DNA from: Prorocentrum cordatum
Lineage: Eukaryota
DNA length: 64,000 nt
NCBI GenBank assembly: GCA_963575745.1
Contig: CAUYUJ010000002.1
Location: forward strand, 124,001-188,000
Direction of reading: 5' to 3'
A model generated the notes under the pieces. The model ran no database searches and was not told where the DNA came from. It saw only the letters and a program-made list of their open reading frames with translations. Below, piece by piece: positions 50,726-64,000 of the stretch; positions within the stretch are counted from its first letter, which is position 1; every line of letters begins with the position of its first letter. Both the position numbers and the translations under genes were made by a program.

Positions 50726-53346
50726 TGCGCAGAGACATCGGCGTCAGGTTGTCTTTCCAGTTAGCGCGCTACGGCCGCGGGGTTTTCACCGCTGGCGCCC
50801 GACAACGTTTCGCGGAAACGCGGGCCTGTTGTAGGCTTCCTTGTCTGGTCGTAAACGCGGCTGTGCTCGACGGGCGCTGGTTTGCCCAATGATTTGCCAG
50901 TGTGTTAGCGCAGGCCCGTTTGAGTGTACCATATCATCAGATGCGGCGTTTTTGTTATTCGCGTGTCCTCTAAGCTAGTTTACACATCGATTTCGGCCTT
51001 TGCCCAGACGTGTCAGGCTGCCGTTTGCAATGGAACCCTAGGGGGGCGACCTCAGAATTTGAAGTTCTAGATGGAAGCCATGCTGGGCCCTCGGTGCAAC
51101 GGAAATCTGGGCCAGACATTTCGCGCGCCAAGAGCACGTTGACGCGAAACTTTGCGAACCAAGGGCCACGGCAACGAGCGACTAAGACGGTCCTGCCGAC
51201 GCCCCTGCGGGCTCTCCTACAGACCTGACCCCCCAGACATTCCCAACCCAGGCCTCTCTCGCTTCCCTCCTCGGCGCGCCGCCGCCCCCCTCTTCCATAG
51301 CGTCTGCTGGGGAGATATGCCAGTCGATTGCGCCTTGGATGGAGGGGTGCAGTGGTGGATGCATTGGTTCGCTCGGGAGTTGCTGAAGGTGCCCCTGGCC
51401 CAAGGTGCCCCCAGCTTTTCGCTCCAGTCTGGCGCCTCGGGGAGCCCCTGGACCTCGTGAGGGGTGCTCTGAAGGCCGTGGGGGCCTGCTCGGAAGTCCT
51501 GGGGGCACCGTGGGCTAGGGGCACTTCTAGCAACACCCGGCTCGTGTGTTGTGGCGGATTCAGAGTGGAGCGCCGCGCGCGAGCTTGCCCGCCTTTCCGA
51601 TCGGGGGAATAAGATTCGAGTAAGCCGGAACTCGGGTTTGCCGACGTTCTTTGACGAGCGCGTCTTGGATTGTGACGGTCCAGAGTTCGTGGGATGTTTG
51701 CAGCGGGAGCTCGCGTCAGATTTCAGAGTGGGTCTCGTCATTTTCATTATGGCCCCGTCGAGCCAACTCGAGTCCCCCGTGCCCGAGTCGTACGTCACTC
51801 CGAGCCGAGCCCGCCTGCCGGGCTGACGCCTGCGCCGAGAGGCGTCTGGCAGCCGGCGTGCTCCGCGCCGTTTGACGGCTGCTTCGGGTTGCCTTGGTAC
51901 TTTCGGTATCGTTCAACCGATCCGCTAAAGAAAGCGGGGCGAAGGGCGCAGCCACATGCAGCTGCGAACCGCGCGGGGTATGGCTGTGTCCTCGTAGGTG
52001 GCGCGCCGCGGAAAGGATGGGGTACGTCAGTATCGTTTCACCGATCTCGAGCCCCACCGTTTCACCACCTCAGCTGGGAAGATGCCCATCGAAACCCGAG
52101 GAGAGCAGCCTGTATCCCCATCTAGGGGGGCAAGATCGGCCAGTGGGGCCCAGGCCACACCGGTGGGGATGGTGATCGGGTAGACGATGCTCAGTGCTTG
52201 TCTGCTCGTCTGGCTGTCTGCAAGAGGTATAAACACATGGAACGCACACTCACACCATCTATGGGGTCGGGGTGCTCCGATCATACCGATCTGCATAAGC
52301 ATGCACTTTCAGAGGCCCGCGCGGATTGTTTGGGATCGGCGCTAGACCCTCCTTGGCGCGCCCCTCCAAGGAAGGGGTTCAGCTCCGATCGAACATCTGC
52401 GCTGACCTCCGTACGCTCGATGGGTAGATATGCAATCTGCTCCCTCTTGCCTTCTCCTTCTCTCCATCCCCCATCTCTTCTCATGCGCGTCGCCGTCGCA
52501 GACCCCCACACTTCTTTGCACTCACCCTCTCCTCTTCTTCCCTTTCCTTCCTCCTGCCCCCCTCCCCTGCCCAGCCCTCCCCCTGCCACCCAACACCTCT
52601 CCACCGTTCATCCCCGCGTTCCGAGACCCTGTCCCAGCCCACTGTTCCCCTTCCAGGAAGGGATGCTATGAGTACCTTAACCTCTTCGATGGAGGAGTAA
52701 AAGAGAGGACAATTACGTAATATCAACCCGTAACAGTGACTTGGTGATTTTCTGTTCGGGGGCGGTTTCCGTCGAGGGATGAGGCGCCCTTGGCTTCTGG
52801 CGCGTCGCCTGGTCTCAGTCGCGGGGTGCGCGCCGCCGCGAGCGTTAGCCTGCTCGGCGGCCCCGTGGCCACTGCTGCTGGTGCCTGACCACGGATGCGC
52901 GTCCGAGGTCGTCTTCCTGATGCGCCTCGCGCGGGCCTTCTGAGGCCCGCGCCCCTCGCGGGGCGACGCCGCGGCCGCGGTCTCCTCGTCCCCGCGCGGT
53001 CACGCGCATCCGCTTCTCCGCCTCTTCCCTCCGTACCGTCTCGCCCCTCCCTCGCCCCTCGCCCTCCCGATCTGTCCCCCTCTCCCCCAGGGCTAGTTTC
53101 GGCTCCTCCGATTCGGTTCGATTCGATTTCGATGGTTTCCGATTCCGATTCGATGCGATTTTGGATTCCGAGCTGGGCTCTAATTTCTCAGCGGAGGCCT
53201 ACTAGCCTGCCGATTTCCGCCGATTCGTATCTTCTTCACTCGGCTGCCGATTTCCGCCGATCCGATTTATTTCGACCGCCGATCCGACTCATCGATTCGT
53301 TTCTGGCTCCCCCTGCCCCCCTCGCCGAGCCGCAGTCCGCTCGCAG

Positions 53347-53436
53347 GTGTACTCGAACACGCTGGTTGTCCACGTGTTCGAGCCGTTCGGCATCGCGCCG
53401 ATGCACGCCGTGCTCGTCCCGGGCCAGACGTTCGAG
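53347..53436 (+). CDS. Isolated 90-nt exon resembling an Ig-like repeat junction of nucleoporin gp210/Nup210
   Basis: GCAG|GTG..GAG|GA, encoding VYSNTLVVHVFEPFGIAPMHAVLVPGQTFE with strong GC3 bias. From memory it resembles the gp210 segment S....I.VF.PF.L.P..V.L..G.T; no search was run. Confidence 0.5.
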
Positions 53437-54059
53437 GACGGGAGGGGAAGTGCCGAGGGATGAGGGAGGCGGGGGGGAGGGCATGAGGGAGAAATGTTGG
53501 TGGCGAGGATGATGAGGAGGAGAAGGAGGAGGCGGAGGAGGATTATGAACGAGGAGGAGTTGGAAGGACAGGAGTGGTGGAGGAGGACCAGGGCATGAGT
53601 ATATAGTTATGAGGACGTATAACATGTGGGGAAGGAGTACGGAGAATACGAGGAGCGAAGAGGGGCGACGAGAAGGAACAGGAGGATGATCAGGAGGAGG
53701 AGCAGGGATGATTAGGAAGGAGGGCCATGGCAGAAAGTGGGAGGGGAGATGCGCAGGATATGGAACGAAGGTGGAGAAGGGCTGAGCGGAGAGGGATGAG
53801 AAGCTGGAAGAGGTTGAGGAACGCGTAGGTCGGGGAGCAGGGAATGTTTGGAGGGAGGATGGATGAAGCAATATGGAGGAGCTTGAAGGTGAGGGGATAC
53901 ATTCAAGCGGAAGGGAGGAATAACGAAGACTCAGATGAGAGCAGGGGGAATGGAGGAGAGAGAGGGCAGATGATGCATGCATACATATGTTATATAGTCG
54001 TAATCGCAAGGTATGCGCGAAGCACGAGAGGCGCGACTGGACGGTGAGTTGGGTAAGAC

Positions 54060-54199
54060 ATGGTGGGGATGTTGTTGATGATGCTGATGACGATGATGAC
54101 GATGATGATGATGATGATGCTGATGATTATGATGATGATGTTGATGCTGATGACGACAACGACGACGATGACGATGACGATGACGACGACGACGACGTC

Positions 54200-54258
<59 letters not shown>

Positions 54259-54290
54259 CGATGACGATGATGATGATTGTGCTGCTGATG

Positions 54291-54348
<58 letters not shown>

Positions 54349-54450
54349 TGGTGGTGGGTGATGATGTTGATGCTGGATGATGGTGTTGATTCGCATCTTG
54401 ATGATGCCGACGAGGATGGTGAGGACGAGGAGGAGTTGTTGGAGGAGGAA
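54060..54450. repeat. (GAT)n/(GAC)n microsatellite
   Basis: Read directly. Confidence 0.9.
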
Positions 54451-54608
54451 GAACATGAAGACCCCCCACGGAGGTCCCCGCAGGCCCCTCGGAGGGCCAT
54501 GAGCAAAACCGCACAGGGCCAGAGGAAGAACATGAAGACCCCCCACGGAGGTCTGGAGGTCCCCGCAGGCCCCTCGGAGGGCCATGAGCAAAACCGCACA
54601 GGGCCAGA
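54448..54608. repeat. Short direct duplication (~65 bp)
   Basis: GAAGAACATGAAGACCCCCCACGGAGGTC..GAGCAAAACCGCACAGGGCCAGA occurs twice. Confidence 0.85.
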
Positions 54609-56109
54609 CGCCCCGCCCCTCCATCCTTGATCCTCGATCTCTGGCGACGGCGACCACCACGACCACGACGACCGGCCACCCCGCCAAAGTCCCGCCCGCG
54701 GAGGGCCGCCCGGGGCCCGCCGAAGCCCGCCCGGGGCCGCCGCACCACAGGGCCGCCAGCGGCCCGCCTGCGCCCGCCCCCGGCGGCGGCCTGCGGCGGC
54801 GGAGGCGACGCCGGCGGCCTTCGGCGGTTGCCCCGCGGCGGCGGCACCCGCGCCGCCAGTTCGCCGTCAACGGCGGCCCCGCGGCGGCGCTGGCAAAGGG
54901 CGTGCGGGTGGTGTTCTCCTCGTCGGCCGCGGCCGTGGCGCGCCCGTGCTTCCCGTTCTCGCCCTGCGGCTGCTCGTGCGCGTCGCCGTCGCCGCCGTCG
55001 TCGCCGTCGCCGTTGTCGTTCTCCTCGTCGTCCTCGTCGTCGCCGCCGTCGTCGTCATCCTCGTCGACCTCGGCCTCGGCCACGTCCTCGTCCTCGTCCC
55101 CGTCCTCGTCTTCGTCCTCGTCGTCGCCGTCGCCGTCGTCCTCGTCGTCCCTCTGGCTCGTCGTCGCCGCCGCTGTAGTTGTCGTCGTCGCCGTCGTCGT
55201 CCGATGTTGATCTTCCGCGCAGCGAGGAGCAGGAAGGAGGCGAGGAGGAGGAGAGGGGGGAGGAGAAGGAGTTTATCCGAGTTGTTTTTTTTATGTGTCC
55301 CCTAGTCGTTCTGACCTCTGAAAGGGGCCTGGTCCTCCCCGTTGCTCCTTGTCGTCCTCGTCGCTGTCCTCCTTTACCTCCTCCTCGTCGTGCTTGTATT
55401 TCCGCCTCCTCATTCTGCTTCGCCGTCTTCTTACTCGTGCTCCGAAGTCTGCAATGTTTCCCTTCTTCCGCCCCGCCTCATCCGCTCCTGCTGTTCTTCT
55501 TATTCTCGTTGTCGTCGCCGGCGGCTTCACTCTTCCTTTTTCCTCTTGCCACGGCATCGCCGTCGTCTTCAACGATTTCCCCTCATTCTCGCCCTCCCCC
55601 CCCTCCTCTTCTCCCCCTCCTCAGCATGTCATCTTGTCAGCGCCTTCTCCTCCCCACTCCCCCTTCCCTTTCCCCCTCTTCCCCCCCTCTCTCCTCTTCC
55701 TTCTTGTCGTGCTTCTCGTCCTCCTCGGCCTCTTCCTCCTCCTCCTCGTCCTCGTCCTCGTCCTCCTCCTCCTCCTCCTCCTCCTCCTCCTCCTCTTCCT
55801 GCGAACGACCATGGGGAAGATGAGTGTCTCTGTGCCTTCGCTTGCATGCGAAAAAGTACTGGGGGTGTGCACGAGCGGGAGCAGGAGAGGGGGCGCAGGC
55901 AAGCTAGGTGCGCTCGCGTCATATCTGACATTCTACCCCTCCCTCCCATCATGGCGCAGATCCCCTCTCTACTCGCACAGTCGGATGTCGAGCAGGGCAA
56001 TGATCCCGAAAGGGTACGTGATGCATTGTAGAGCACGGCATGGCATGGCGTAGAAGAGCACCGCAAAGCGTAATATCAACCTAGCATTGCAGTGCATGCC
56101 GTGGCATGG

Positions 56110-56300
56110 CACGGGAAATGACGCCAGCGCTGCAGCGGGAGCACGAGTCGAAACGAGCGGAAGCGCGGAAATGAGGCCAGCGCTGCAGCGGGAGCACGAT
56201 TCGGAATGAGCGGAAGCACGGAAATGAGGCCAGCGCTGCAGCGGGAGCACGATTCGGAACGAGCGGGGCCCGAAAATGAGGCCGGCGCCTCAGCGAGAGC
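56110..56300. repeat. ~52-bp tandem repeat, 3-4 copies
   Basis: GGAAATGAGGCCAGCGCTGCAGCGGGAGCACGATTCGGAA units. Confidence 0.85.
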
Positions 56301-57954
56301 AGCATTTTGAAAACAAATGCAGGCGAAAACCCAACTCCAGGGAAACCTGTGTGTAAAAAACAGTACGCGGGGGGGGGTCGAGCACTTTCAAACCGTCATC
56401 AGGGGAAGAGGGAGAGTAGTATTCATATTGAGTAATTGTAGAAGAAGGTGTTAGCCTCGATGTCTTGCTTGGCGCCGTGGTCCTGGCCCCTGGAACGCGG
56501 TCCTGGTGGGGGGTCCAACAGGGCCAGGAGGAGGAGGAGAAGGAGGAGGAGGGGGTGGAGGAGAGAAGGGAGGGGCGGAGGAGTGAGGGAGGAGGAGGAG
56601 GGAGGAGGAGGAGGAGGTGGAGGGTGGAGGAGGAGGAGGGAGGAGGCAGGAGGGAGGGGAGGAGGAGGAGGAGGGGGTGGAGGAGGAGGAGGTGGAGGGG
56701 GGGCAGGAGGAGGAGGGATGTGAGGAGGGAGGAGGAGGAGGAGGAGGGGCAGGAGAAGGAAGAGGAGGAGGCCAGGAGGGGAACCAGATCGGGGTCCAGC
56801 CCCATCCACTCCCAGAAGCAGGACGGAAAACGCCAGGGAGGACCGCCTTTGCCTCGACTGGCCGGCCTCCACCTCCAACTGCTCCTCCTCGTCCTCCTCC
56901 TCCATCCTCCCCCTCCTTCTTGCACCCTCTCCTTACTTCCTCCTGCTCCTTCCTCCTCTTGTTGTTGTTCCTCCTCCTCATCTTCTTTCTCCTCCTCCTG
57001 CTCCTCCTCCTCATCCTCCTCCCCCTCCTCCTGATTCCTGATTCCCGTCGGTCATGGTGTGCCCTGAACGCTGCCGCTTCCACCAGGGTTGGCCAAAACC
57101 CAGCCCTGGGAGAGTATAATGTACGAACAATACGCCGAGCAAGTAGGACAGACGTAGCGGAGGAGGGAGGAATGAGAAGGGAACAACAAACCCTCCTCCT
57201 CCTCCTCCTCCTCCTCCTCCTCCTCCTCCTCCTCGTCCTCCTCCTCCTCCTCCTCCTCCTCGTCCTCCTCCTCCTCCTCCCCCTCCTCCTCCTCCTCCTC
57301 CTCCTTCCCTTCTCCTCGACCTCCCCCTCGTCGGGCCAGAGCCAGGCGGCGGTGGAAGAGAGCACGGGCCTGCTGACGGCGCGGAGGAGCCCCCCCCCTT
57401 TGTGCGGGCGACCTTCGGCTGCCTGTGCGCCACCGCCGCCGCGAGCCGCCGCGCGCTGGCGTCAACTCGCCGCTCGTTGCCGTCGTTGTCGTCGTCGTCG
57501 TCCCTGCCAATATGCTCCTGGTTCTCTGAGGTGGAACTCCGAAGAACAAACATATACATACGCATATATGTTCGGAGGTCCGCGCGGACTTCTTGGATCG
57601 GCGGTGGACCTCCCTCCCTGGCGCGCGGAGCGCGCCAGGAGCGGCGCCGGAGGCGCCGCCAGGCGGGACCAGGGCCGATTCCAGAGGTCCGCGCGGAGCT
57701 CTGAACTTTTGAAGTTTATGTACGCCGTTGTATGATTTTCCTGTGAAGGTACCGATGCCGCTAGCCGTGCCGCGCTTTCGCCTTTGTGGGTCTCCTGGAA
57801 CGCCCTCGTCGCCACGGCCGGATTCGCCTCGAGATTCTGGCCAGAGCGCACCGTGGGAGAGGTCTTGGGAGCAGCGGCATCGGTATCATTTGGCTTCCCA
57901 AGGTCGTGGTTCTCGTCGCGGTGCGGACGGCGGAAGGGGGGGGCGAAGAAGAGG

Positions 57955-57972
57955 ATGGGGGATGATGATGAC

Positions 57973-58006
<34 letters not shown>

Positions 58007-58334
58007 ATGATGATGATGATGATGCTGATGCTGATGCTGATGCTGATGCTGATACTGATACTGATGATGTTGATGTTGATGTTGATGTTGATGTTGATGT
58101 TGATGATGCTGCTGATGCTGCTGCTGATGCTGATGATGATGAGGAGGAGGAGGGATGAGGAGGAGGAGGGATGATGCTGATGATTACGTGATGACGATGA
58201 TAGTGATGATGTTGATGATGATGATGATGCTGATAATGATGATGATGAAGACGGTGCTGAGGATGAGGATGATGATGCTGATGATGATGATGATGATGAT
58301 GATGAGGATGATGACGATGCTGATGATGACGACA

Positions 58335-58403
<69 letters not shown>

Positions 58404-59100
58404 CTGTTGATGATGATGATCATGATGATGATGATGATGATGACGAACATCATCATCATCATGATGATGATGATGACGATTATGATGATGATGGCGGTGA
58501 TGGTGATTGTGATTATGATGGCGATGATGATGGTGATGATGATGATGAGGAGGAGGAGGAAACGCCTCACGCTCTCCTGGCCCTTCGCTGCATCCTCCGC
58601 GTCCTTTTCTTCCTCCTCACCCTCCTCGTCCTCGTGCTCTTCGTCCTCCTCGCTCCTTGTCCTCCTCGTGCTCGTCCCCGCCGTCGCCGTCCTGGTCCTC
58701 CCGGTGCTGCTGGGCCTGCCTTGTCTTGGGCGAGTTGGATCAACAGCCTCCATGGCCACACAAGAACAGCAGGATGAGCAGGGTGGGAGGGAATTAGTTG
58801 CAGGATGGGGATTAGGATGGTGCTGATGATGCTGATGATGCTGATGCTGGTGCTGGTGATGATGACGAGGAGGAGGAGTAGGAGGAGGAGGACGACGAGG
58901 AGGACGAGGAACAGGAAGAGGAAGAGGATGTGGATGATGAAGGGACTATCGGTGTTTATGATGTTCGTGGTGGAGTTGATGCTGAGGTGATGATGGTGAT
59001 GATGTTAATGATGCTGATGCCGACGTTGGTGACGACGACTGTGAGGAGGATGGTGAGAAGGACGCGGAGGAGGATGAGGATCAGGTGGATAATGAGGAGA
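57955..59100. repeat. Degenerate (GAT)n with (CCT)/(GAG) patches
   Basis: Read directly. Confidence 0.85.
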
Positions 59101-59414
59101 AGGAAGGAGGGGAAGGACCATGTTAGATGGTAGCGATGAACAGCAAGGAGCAGGAGGCCCAGGAGGAGGATGGAAACGAAGAAGGACTTATGATGGTGAT
59201 TAGAAGGAGAAGGAGGAGCGTATGGGAAGAGTAGAAAGGGAAAATGGCGGAATGTGGAGGGGGAGGAGGAGGAGGAGGAGAGGCGAGGGGAGGCGGAGGA
59301 GGAGGAGGCGGAGATGGAGAAGGGGTTGGATTTACCTTGGATGAGCGGTGTCATCGTCTTGCTGAGGGGTGTAGGGGTTCCTTGGCGCGTGACGGAAGGA
59401 GTTGGAACCTTTTA

Positions 59415-59456
59415 TTAGTAGTATTCGTATTCGCATTCGTATTCGTATTCGTATTT

Positions 59457-59510
<54 letters not shown>

Positions 59511-59565
59511 ATCGAGGTGGTCGTCGTCGTCGTCGTAGTAGTCGTAGTAGTCGCCGTGGTCGTAA

Positions 59566-59607
<42 letters not shown>

Positions 59608-59609
59608 CC

Positions 59610-59651
<42 letters not shown>

Positions 59652-59652
59652 A

Positions 59653-59688
<36 letters not shown>

Positions 59689-59723
59689 CCTTAGTAGTAG
59701 TAGTAGTAGCAGTAGTAGTAGTA

Positions 59724-59792
<69 letters not shown>

Positions 59793-60123
59793 CTGGTAGT
59801 AGTAGTAGTCGTCGTAGTAGTAGTAGTAGTAGTAGTAGGAGAAGGAGTAGTAGTAGTAGTAGTAGTCGTAATAGTAGTATTAGTAGTAGCAGATGTAGTC
59901 GTAGCCGCCGTAGTAACATTAGTAGTCGCAATTGTATGTGTAGTAGCGGTAGTAGCCGCTGGATCTGTATTAGTCGTAGTCGTAGTTGTAGTCGTAGTAT
60001 TAGTAGTGGTGGTAGTAGAAGTAGTAGTAATGCTAGTAGTAGTCGTAGTCGTAGTCGTAGTCGTAGTCGTCGTCGTAGTCGTAGTAGGTAGCAGGAGAAG
60101 TCGTAGTCTTTGTAGTCGTAGTC

Positions 60124-60154
<31 letters not shown>

Positions 60155-60190
60155 GCGTAGTCGTAGTCGTAGTCGTAGTCGTAGTCGTAC

Positions 60191-60242
<52 letters not shown>

Positions 60243-60317
60243 TGTAGTAGTAGTCGTGGTAGTAGTAGTAGTAGTCGTCGTCGTAGTCGTAGTCGTAGTC
60301 GTAGTCGTAGAAGAAGA

Positions 60318-60360
<43 letters not shown>

Positions 60361-60361
60361 A

Positions 60362-60403
<42 letters not shown>

Positions 60404-60720
60404 AAGTAGAAGTAGTAGTAGTAGTAGTAGTAAGTAGTAGTGAGTAGTAAACAAACAGTAGTAGTAGTTTCGTAGTAGTCGTAGTAGTAGTAGGAGTAGT
60501 AGTAGAAGTAGTAGTAGTAGTAATCAGTAGTAGTAGTAATTAGTTTAGTAGTTTAGTAGTAGTGTAGTAGTAGTAGTCCGTAGTCGGTAGTCTTCTAGTA
60601 GTAGTAGTAGTCGTAGTAGTAGTAGTAGTAGCAGTAGTAGTAGTAGTTGTATTGTTCGTGGTAGTTTGATAGTAGTGTAGTAGTAGTAGTAGTAGAGTAG
60701 TAGTATACAGTAGCAGTAGC

Positions 60721-60773
<53 letters not shown>

Positions 60774-60796
60774 TAGTAGTAGTAGTAGTAGTAGTC

Positions 60797-60830
<34 letters not shown>

Positions 60831-61188
60831 CACAGGCGCTGCAGGAACGGGCCCTGCGGCGCCGGTGTCGCCGACGACGCCGAGAGGCCCTGGAGCGCCG
60901 GACGGGCAGGGCAGCGCCCGCTGGCAGCGGCGACGCCGAGGTCGCCTGCGAAGCCGAGGTCCAGGGCGCCACGGCGGCAACGCGCTGCCTGGCCCGGGGC
61001 GGCGGCCGGCGTCAGGGAAGTGGTCGCGTGAGCTAACTCAGCGGTTGAATGGGGTCACCGCTGTCGCCGCGAGATGTGACCCGGCCGCGCGCGCAGCCCG
61101 GGCGACAACCGCATTGCGCGTTGGCGAATCCGGCGACGCGGCCAGAAAAAAATATAAGAAAACAGTAGTGGTAGTAGTGGTAGTAGTG

Positions 61189-61251
<63 letters not shown>

Positions 61252-61494
61252 CTAGTAGTAGTAGTAGTGGTGGTAGTAGTAGTACTAGTACTAGTACTAG
61301 TACTAGTACTAGTACTAGTACTAGTACTAGTACTAGTAGTAGTACTAGTACTAGTTGTAGTCGTAGTCGTAGTCGTAGTCGTAGTCGTCGTCGTAGTAGT
61401 CATAGTCGTAGTCGTCGTCGTAGTCGCAGTCGTAGTCGTCGTCGTAGTCGTAGGAGGTAGCAGCAGTAGTCGTAGTATTTGTTGTCGTAGTAGC

Positions 61495-61529
<35 letters not shown>

Positions 61530-61610
61530 TTGTAGTAGTAGTAGTAGTAGTAGTAGTAGTACTACTAGTAGTAGTCGTAGTAGTAGTCGTAGTAGAAGAA
61601 GTAGTAGTAC

Positions 61611-61651
<41 letters not shown>

Positions 61652-61794
61652 ATAGTAGTAGTAGTGGTAGTAGTGGTAGTAGTAGTCGTAGTTATAGTAG
61701 TAGTAGTTGTAGTAGTGGTAGTAGTGGTAGTCGTAGTAGTAGTAGTGCTAGTAGTTGTAGTAGTAGTAGTAGTAGTGGTAGTAGTAGTAGTAGC

Positions 61795-61827
<33 letters not shown>

Positions 61828-61855
61828 CGTAGTAGTCGTAGTAGTCGTAGTAGTC

Positions 61856-61907
<52 letters not shown>

Positions 61908-62531
61908 TAGTAGTAGTAGTAGTAGTAGTAGTTGTAGTAGAAGTGGTAGTGGCGCAGGCGCTGCAGGAGCGGGCCCTGCGGCGCCGGTGTCGCCGACGAC
62001 GCCGAGAGGCCCTGGGGCGCCGGGCCGGCGGAGCAGCGCCCGCTGGCAGCGGCGACGCCGAGGTCGCCGGCGAAGCCGAGGTCCAGGGCGCCGTCGGCGG
62101 CGAGGCGCTGCAGGCGCGGGCTTTGCGGCGCCGGCGTCGCCGACGACGCCGAGAGGCCCTGGAGCGCCGGACGGGCAGGGCAGCGCCCGCTGGCAGCGGC
62201 GACGCCGAGGTCGCCGGCGAAGCCGAGGTCCAGGGCGCCGGCGGCGGCAAGGCCATGCCTGGCCCGGGGCGGCGGCCGGCGTCAGGGAAGCGGTTGCGCG
62301 AGCTAATTAATTTCAACTCAGTGGTTGAATGGGGCCGCCGCTGTCGCCGCGAGATGTGACCCGGCCGCGCGCGCAGCCCGGGCGACAACCGCGCCGCGCG
62401 GCGCGCTGGCGAATCTGGCGACGCGGCCAGAAAAATTTGAAGAAATAGTAGTAGTGGTAGTAGTAGTAGTAGTCGTAGTAGTGGTAGTAGTCGTAGTAGT
62501 GGTAGTAGTAGTCGTAGTAGTAGTAGTAGTC

Positions 62532-62579
<48 letters not shown>

Positions 62580-62723
62580 ATCGTAGTAGTAGTAGTAGTA
62601 GTCGTAGTCAGTCAGAATCCCTCCCCCTCCCCAAAAAAATTCTCCCCCTTTCTCCCAACGCTGTGAGCGTAGTCGTAGTATTAGTAGTAGTAGTGGTAGT
62701 GGTAGAAGTAGTAGTAGTAGTTT

Positions 62724-62754
<31 letters not shown>

Positions 62755-62755
62755 C

Positions 62756-62840
<85 letters not shown>

Positions 62841-62969
62841 TGGTAGTAGTAGCGGTCGTAGCAATCGTAGGAGTGGCGGTGCTATTAGTAGTCCTAGTTC
62901 TAGTAGTAGTGCCAGTAGTAGTGATTGTAGTAGTAGTAGTGGTAGTAGTAGTAGTAGTAGTAGTAGTAC

Positions 62970-63002
<33 letters not shown>

Positions 63003-63090
63003 GTAGTAGTAGTAGGTAGCCGTAGTCGTAGTCGTAGTCGCAGTGGTTGTATGAATCGCATTATCCGCAGTGGCGGTAGCAGTAGTAGCA

Positions 63091-63129
<39 letters not shown>

Positions 63130-63145
63130 ACAGTAGTAGTAGTAG
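59415..63145. repeat. (TAG)n field containing duplicated GC-rich modules
   Basis: Module 60830-61160 recurs at 61953-62440, where its ~130-bp subunit is doubled. Confidence 0.9.
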
Positions 63146-63284
63146 TTCCCCGCGTGCTTCGTGGGGTTTTGGTTTTCTTTCCTTCCGCGTCTCACCCGCG
63201 TCTCCTTCTCCTCCTCGCTCTCCTTCTCCGTGTAGGATTCGCAGTGGATGGCAGGAGGCTCTATGCAGGCCATGGCGCAGGGCA

Positions 63285-64000
63285 CGGCAGGCGTGGCACT
63301 TTCTCGACACCACAGGGAGTGCGCAGGGGGTGGACTCTCACCGCGGTTTCTATACGCGCCAATGTCGCAGGGCCTAGCAGGCGTGGCACATTCTCGACAC
63401 CGCAGGGGGTGCGCAGGGGGTGGTCTCTCACCGCGGCCGCTACGCACGACAGTCGTCCAGGCACAGCAGGCGTGGGACATTCTCGACGCCGCAGGGGCTG
63501 TGCAGGGGGTGGTCTCTCACCGCGGCCGCTATGCACGACGGCCGCCCAGGCGCGGCAGGCGCGGGACGTTCTCGACACCACAGGGGCTGTGCAAGGGGTG
63601 GTCTCTCACCGCGTCCGCTATGCACGACGGTCGTCCAGGCACAGCAGGCGTGGCATTTTCTCGACACCACAGGGGGTGCGCAGGGGGTGGTCTCTCACCG
63701 CGGCCGCTATGCACGAGTCGTCCCGGCGCAGCAGGCTGGCGCATTCTCGACACCGGAGAACAGGGTGCGCGGAGGGTGGTCTCTCACCGCGGCCAGCTAC
63801 CACGCAGTCGTCCCCATGCACAGAAGTGCTCGGCACTTCTCGACACCACAGGGTGGTGCCAGGTGGTTGGTCTCTCACCGCGGCCGCTAATCAACGACGG
63901 TCGTTCCAGGCAACAGCAGGCGTGGCGCATTCTCGACACCACAGGGGGTGCGCAGGGGGTGGTCTCTCACCGCGGCCGCTATGCGCGACGGTCGTCCAGG
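63285..64000. repeat. ~90-bp tandem satellite running off the window
   Basis: TCTCGACACCACAGGGGGTGCGCAGGGGGTGGTCTCTCACCGCGGCCGCTATGCACGAC units, 8 copies visible. Confidence 0.95.

Noticed and set aside
55985..56030. HHVPFRDHC as a copia-like integrase zinc finger
   Set aside because: The second Cys and the downstream integrase core are absent and the frame stops shortly after.
63236..63290. Possible exon after a polypyrimidine tract (DSQWMAGGSMQAMAQGTA)
   Set aside because: Its 3' half resembles a degenerate first unit of the 90-bp satellite, and the frame cannot be fixed.

Overview
Eukaryotic, GC-rich, repeat-saturated DNA, almost certainly dinoflagellate: it holds a near-perfect dinoflagellate spliced-leader (SL) relic, GC/GA/GT splice donors and introns filled with degenerate trinucleotide microsatellites. 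Most long ORFs in the track are microsatellite artefacts. Manual splicing recovers four minus-strand genes in two clusters. Cluster I has a 4-exon CACTA/CMC-type DDE transposase (17720->5618) and an upstream lysine-rich gene (22691->~20237/19679). Cluster II has two unknown genes (45331->44132 and 44054->40528). One isolated plus-strand exon (53347-53436) resembles nucleoporin gp210. The four genes share a layout: SL relic (clear for two genes, weak for a third), then a spliced ORF, then a long imperfect inverted repeat 3' of the stop. Arrays of a shared GAGACAT motif sit at the cluster edges. The 8.5-kb transposase intron is itself a nested palindrome. All gene models were built by hand and are unverified by transcripts or database searches.
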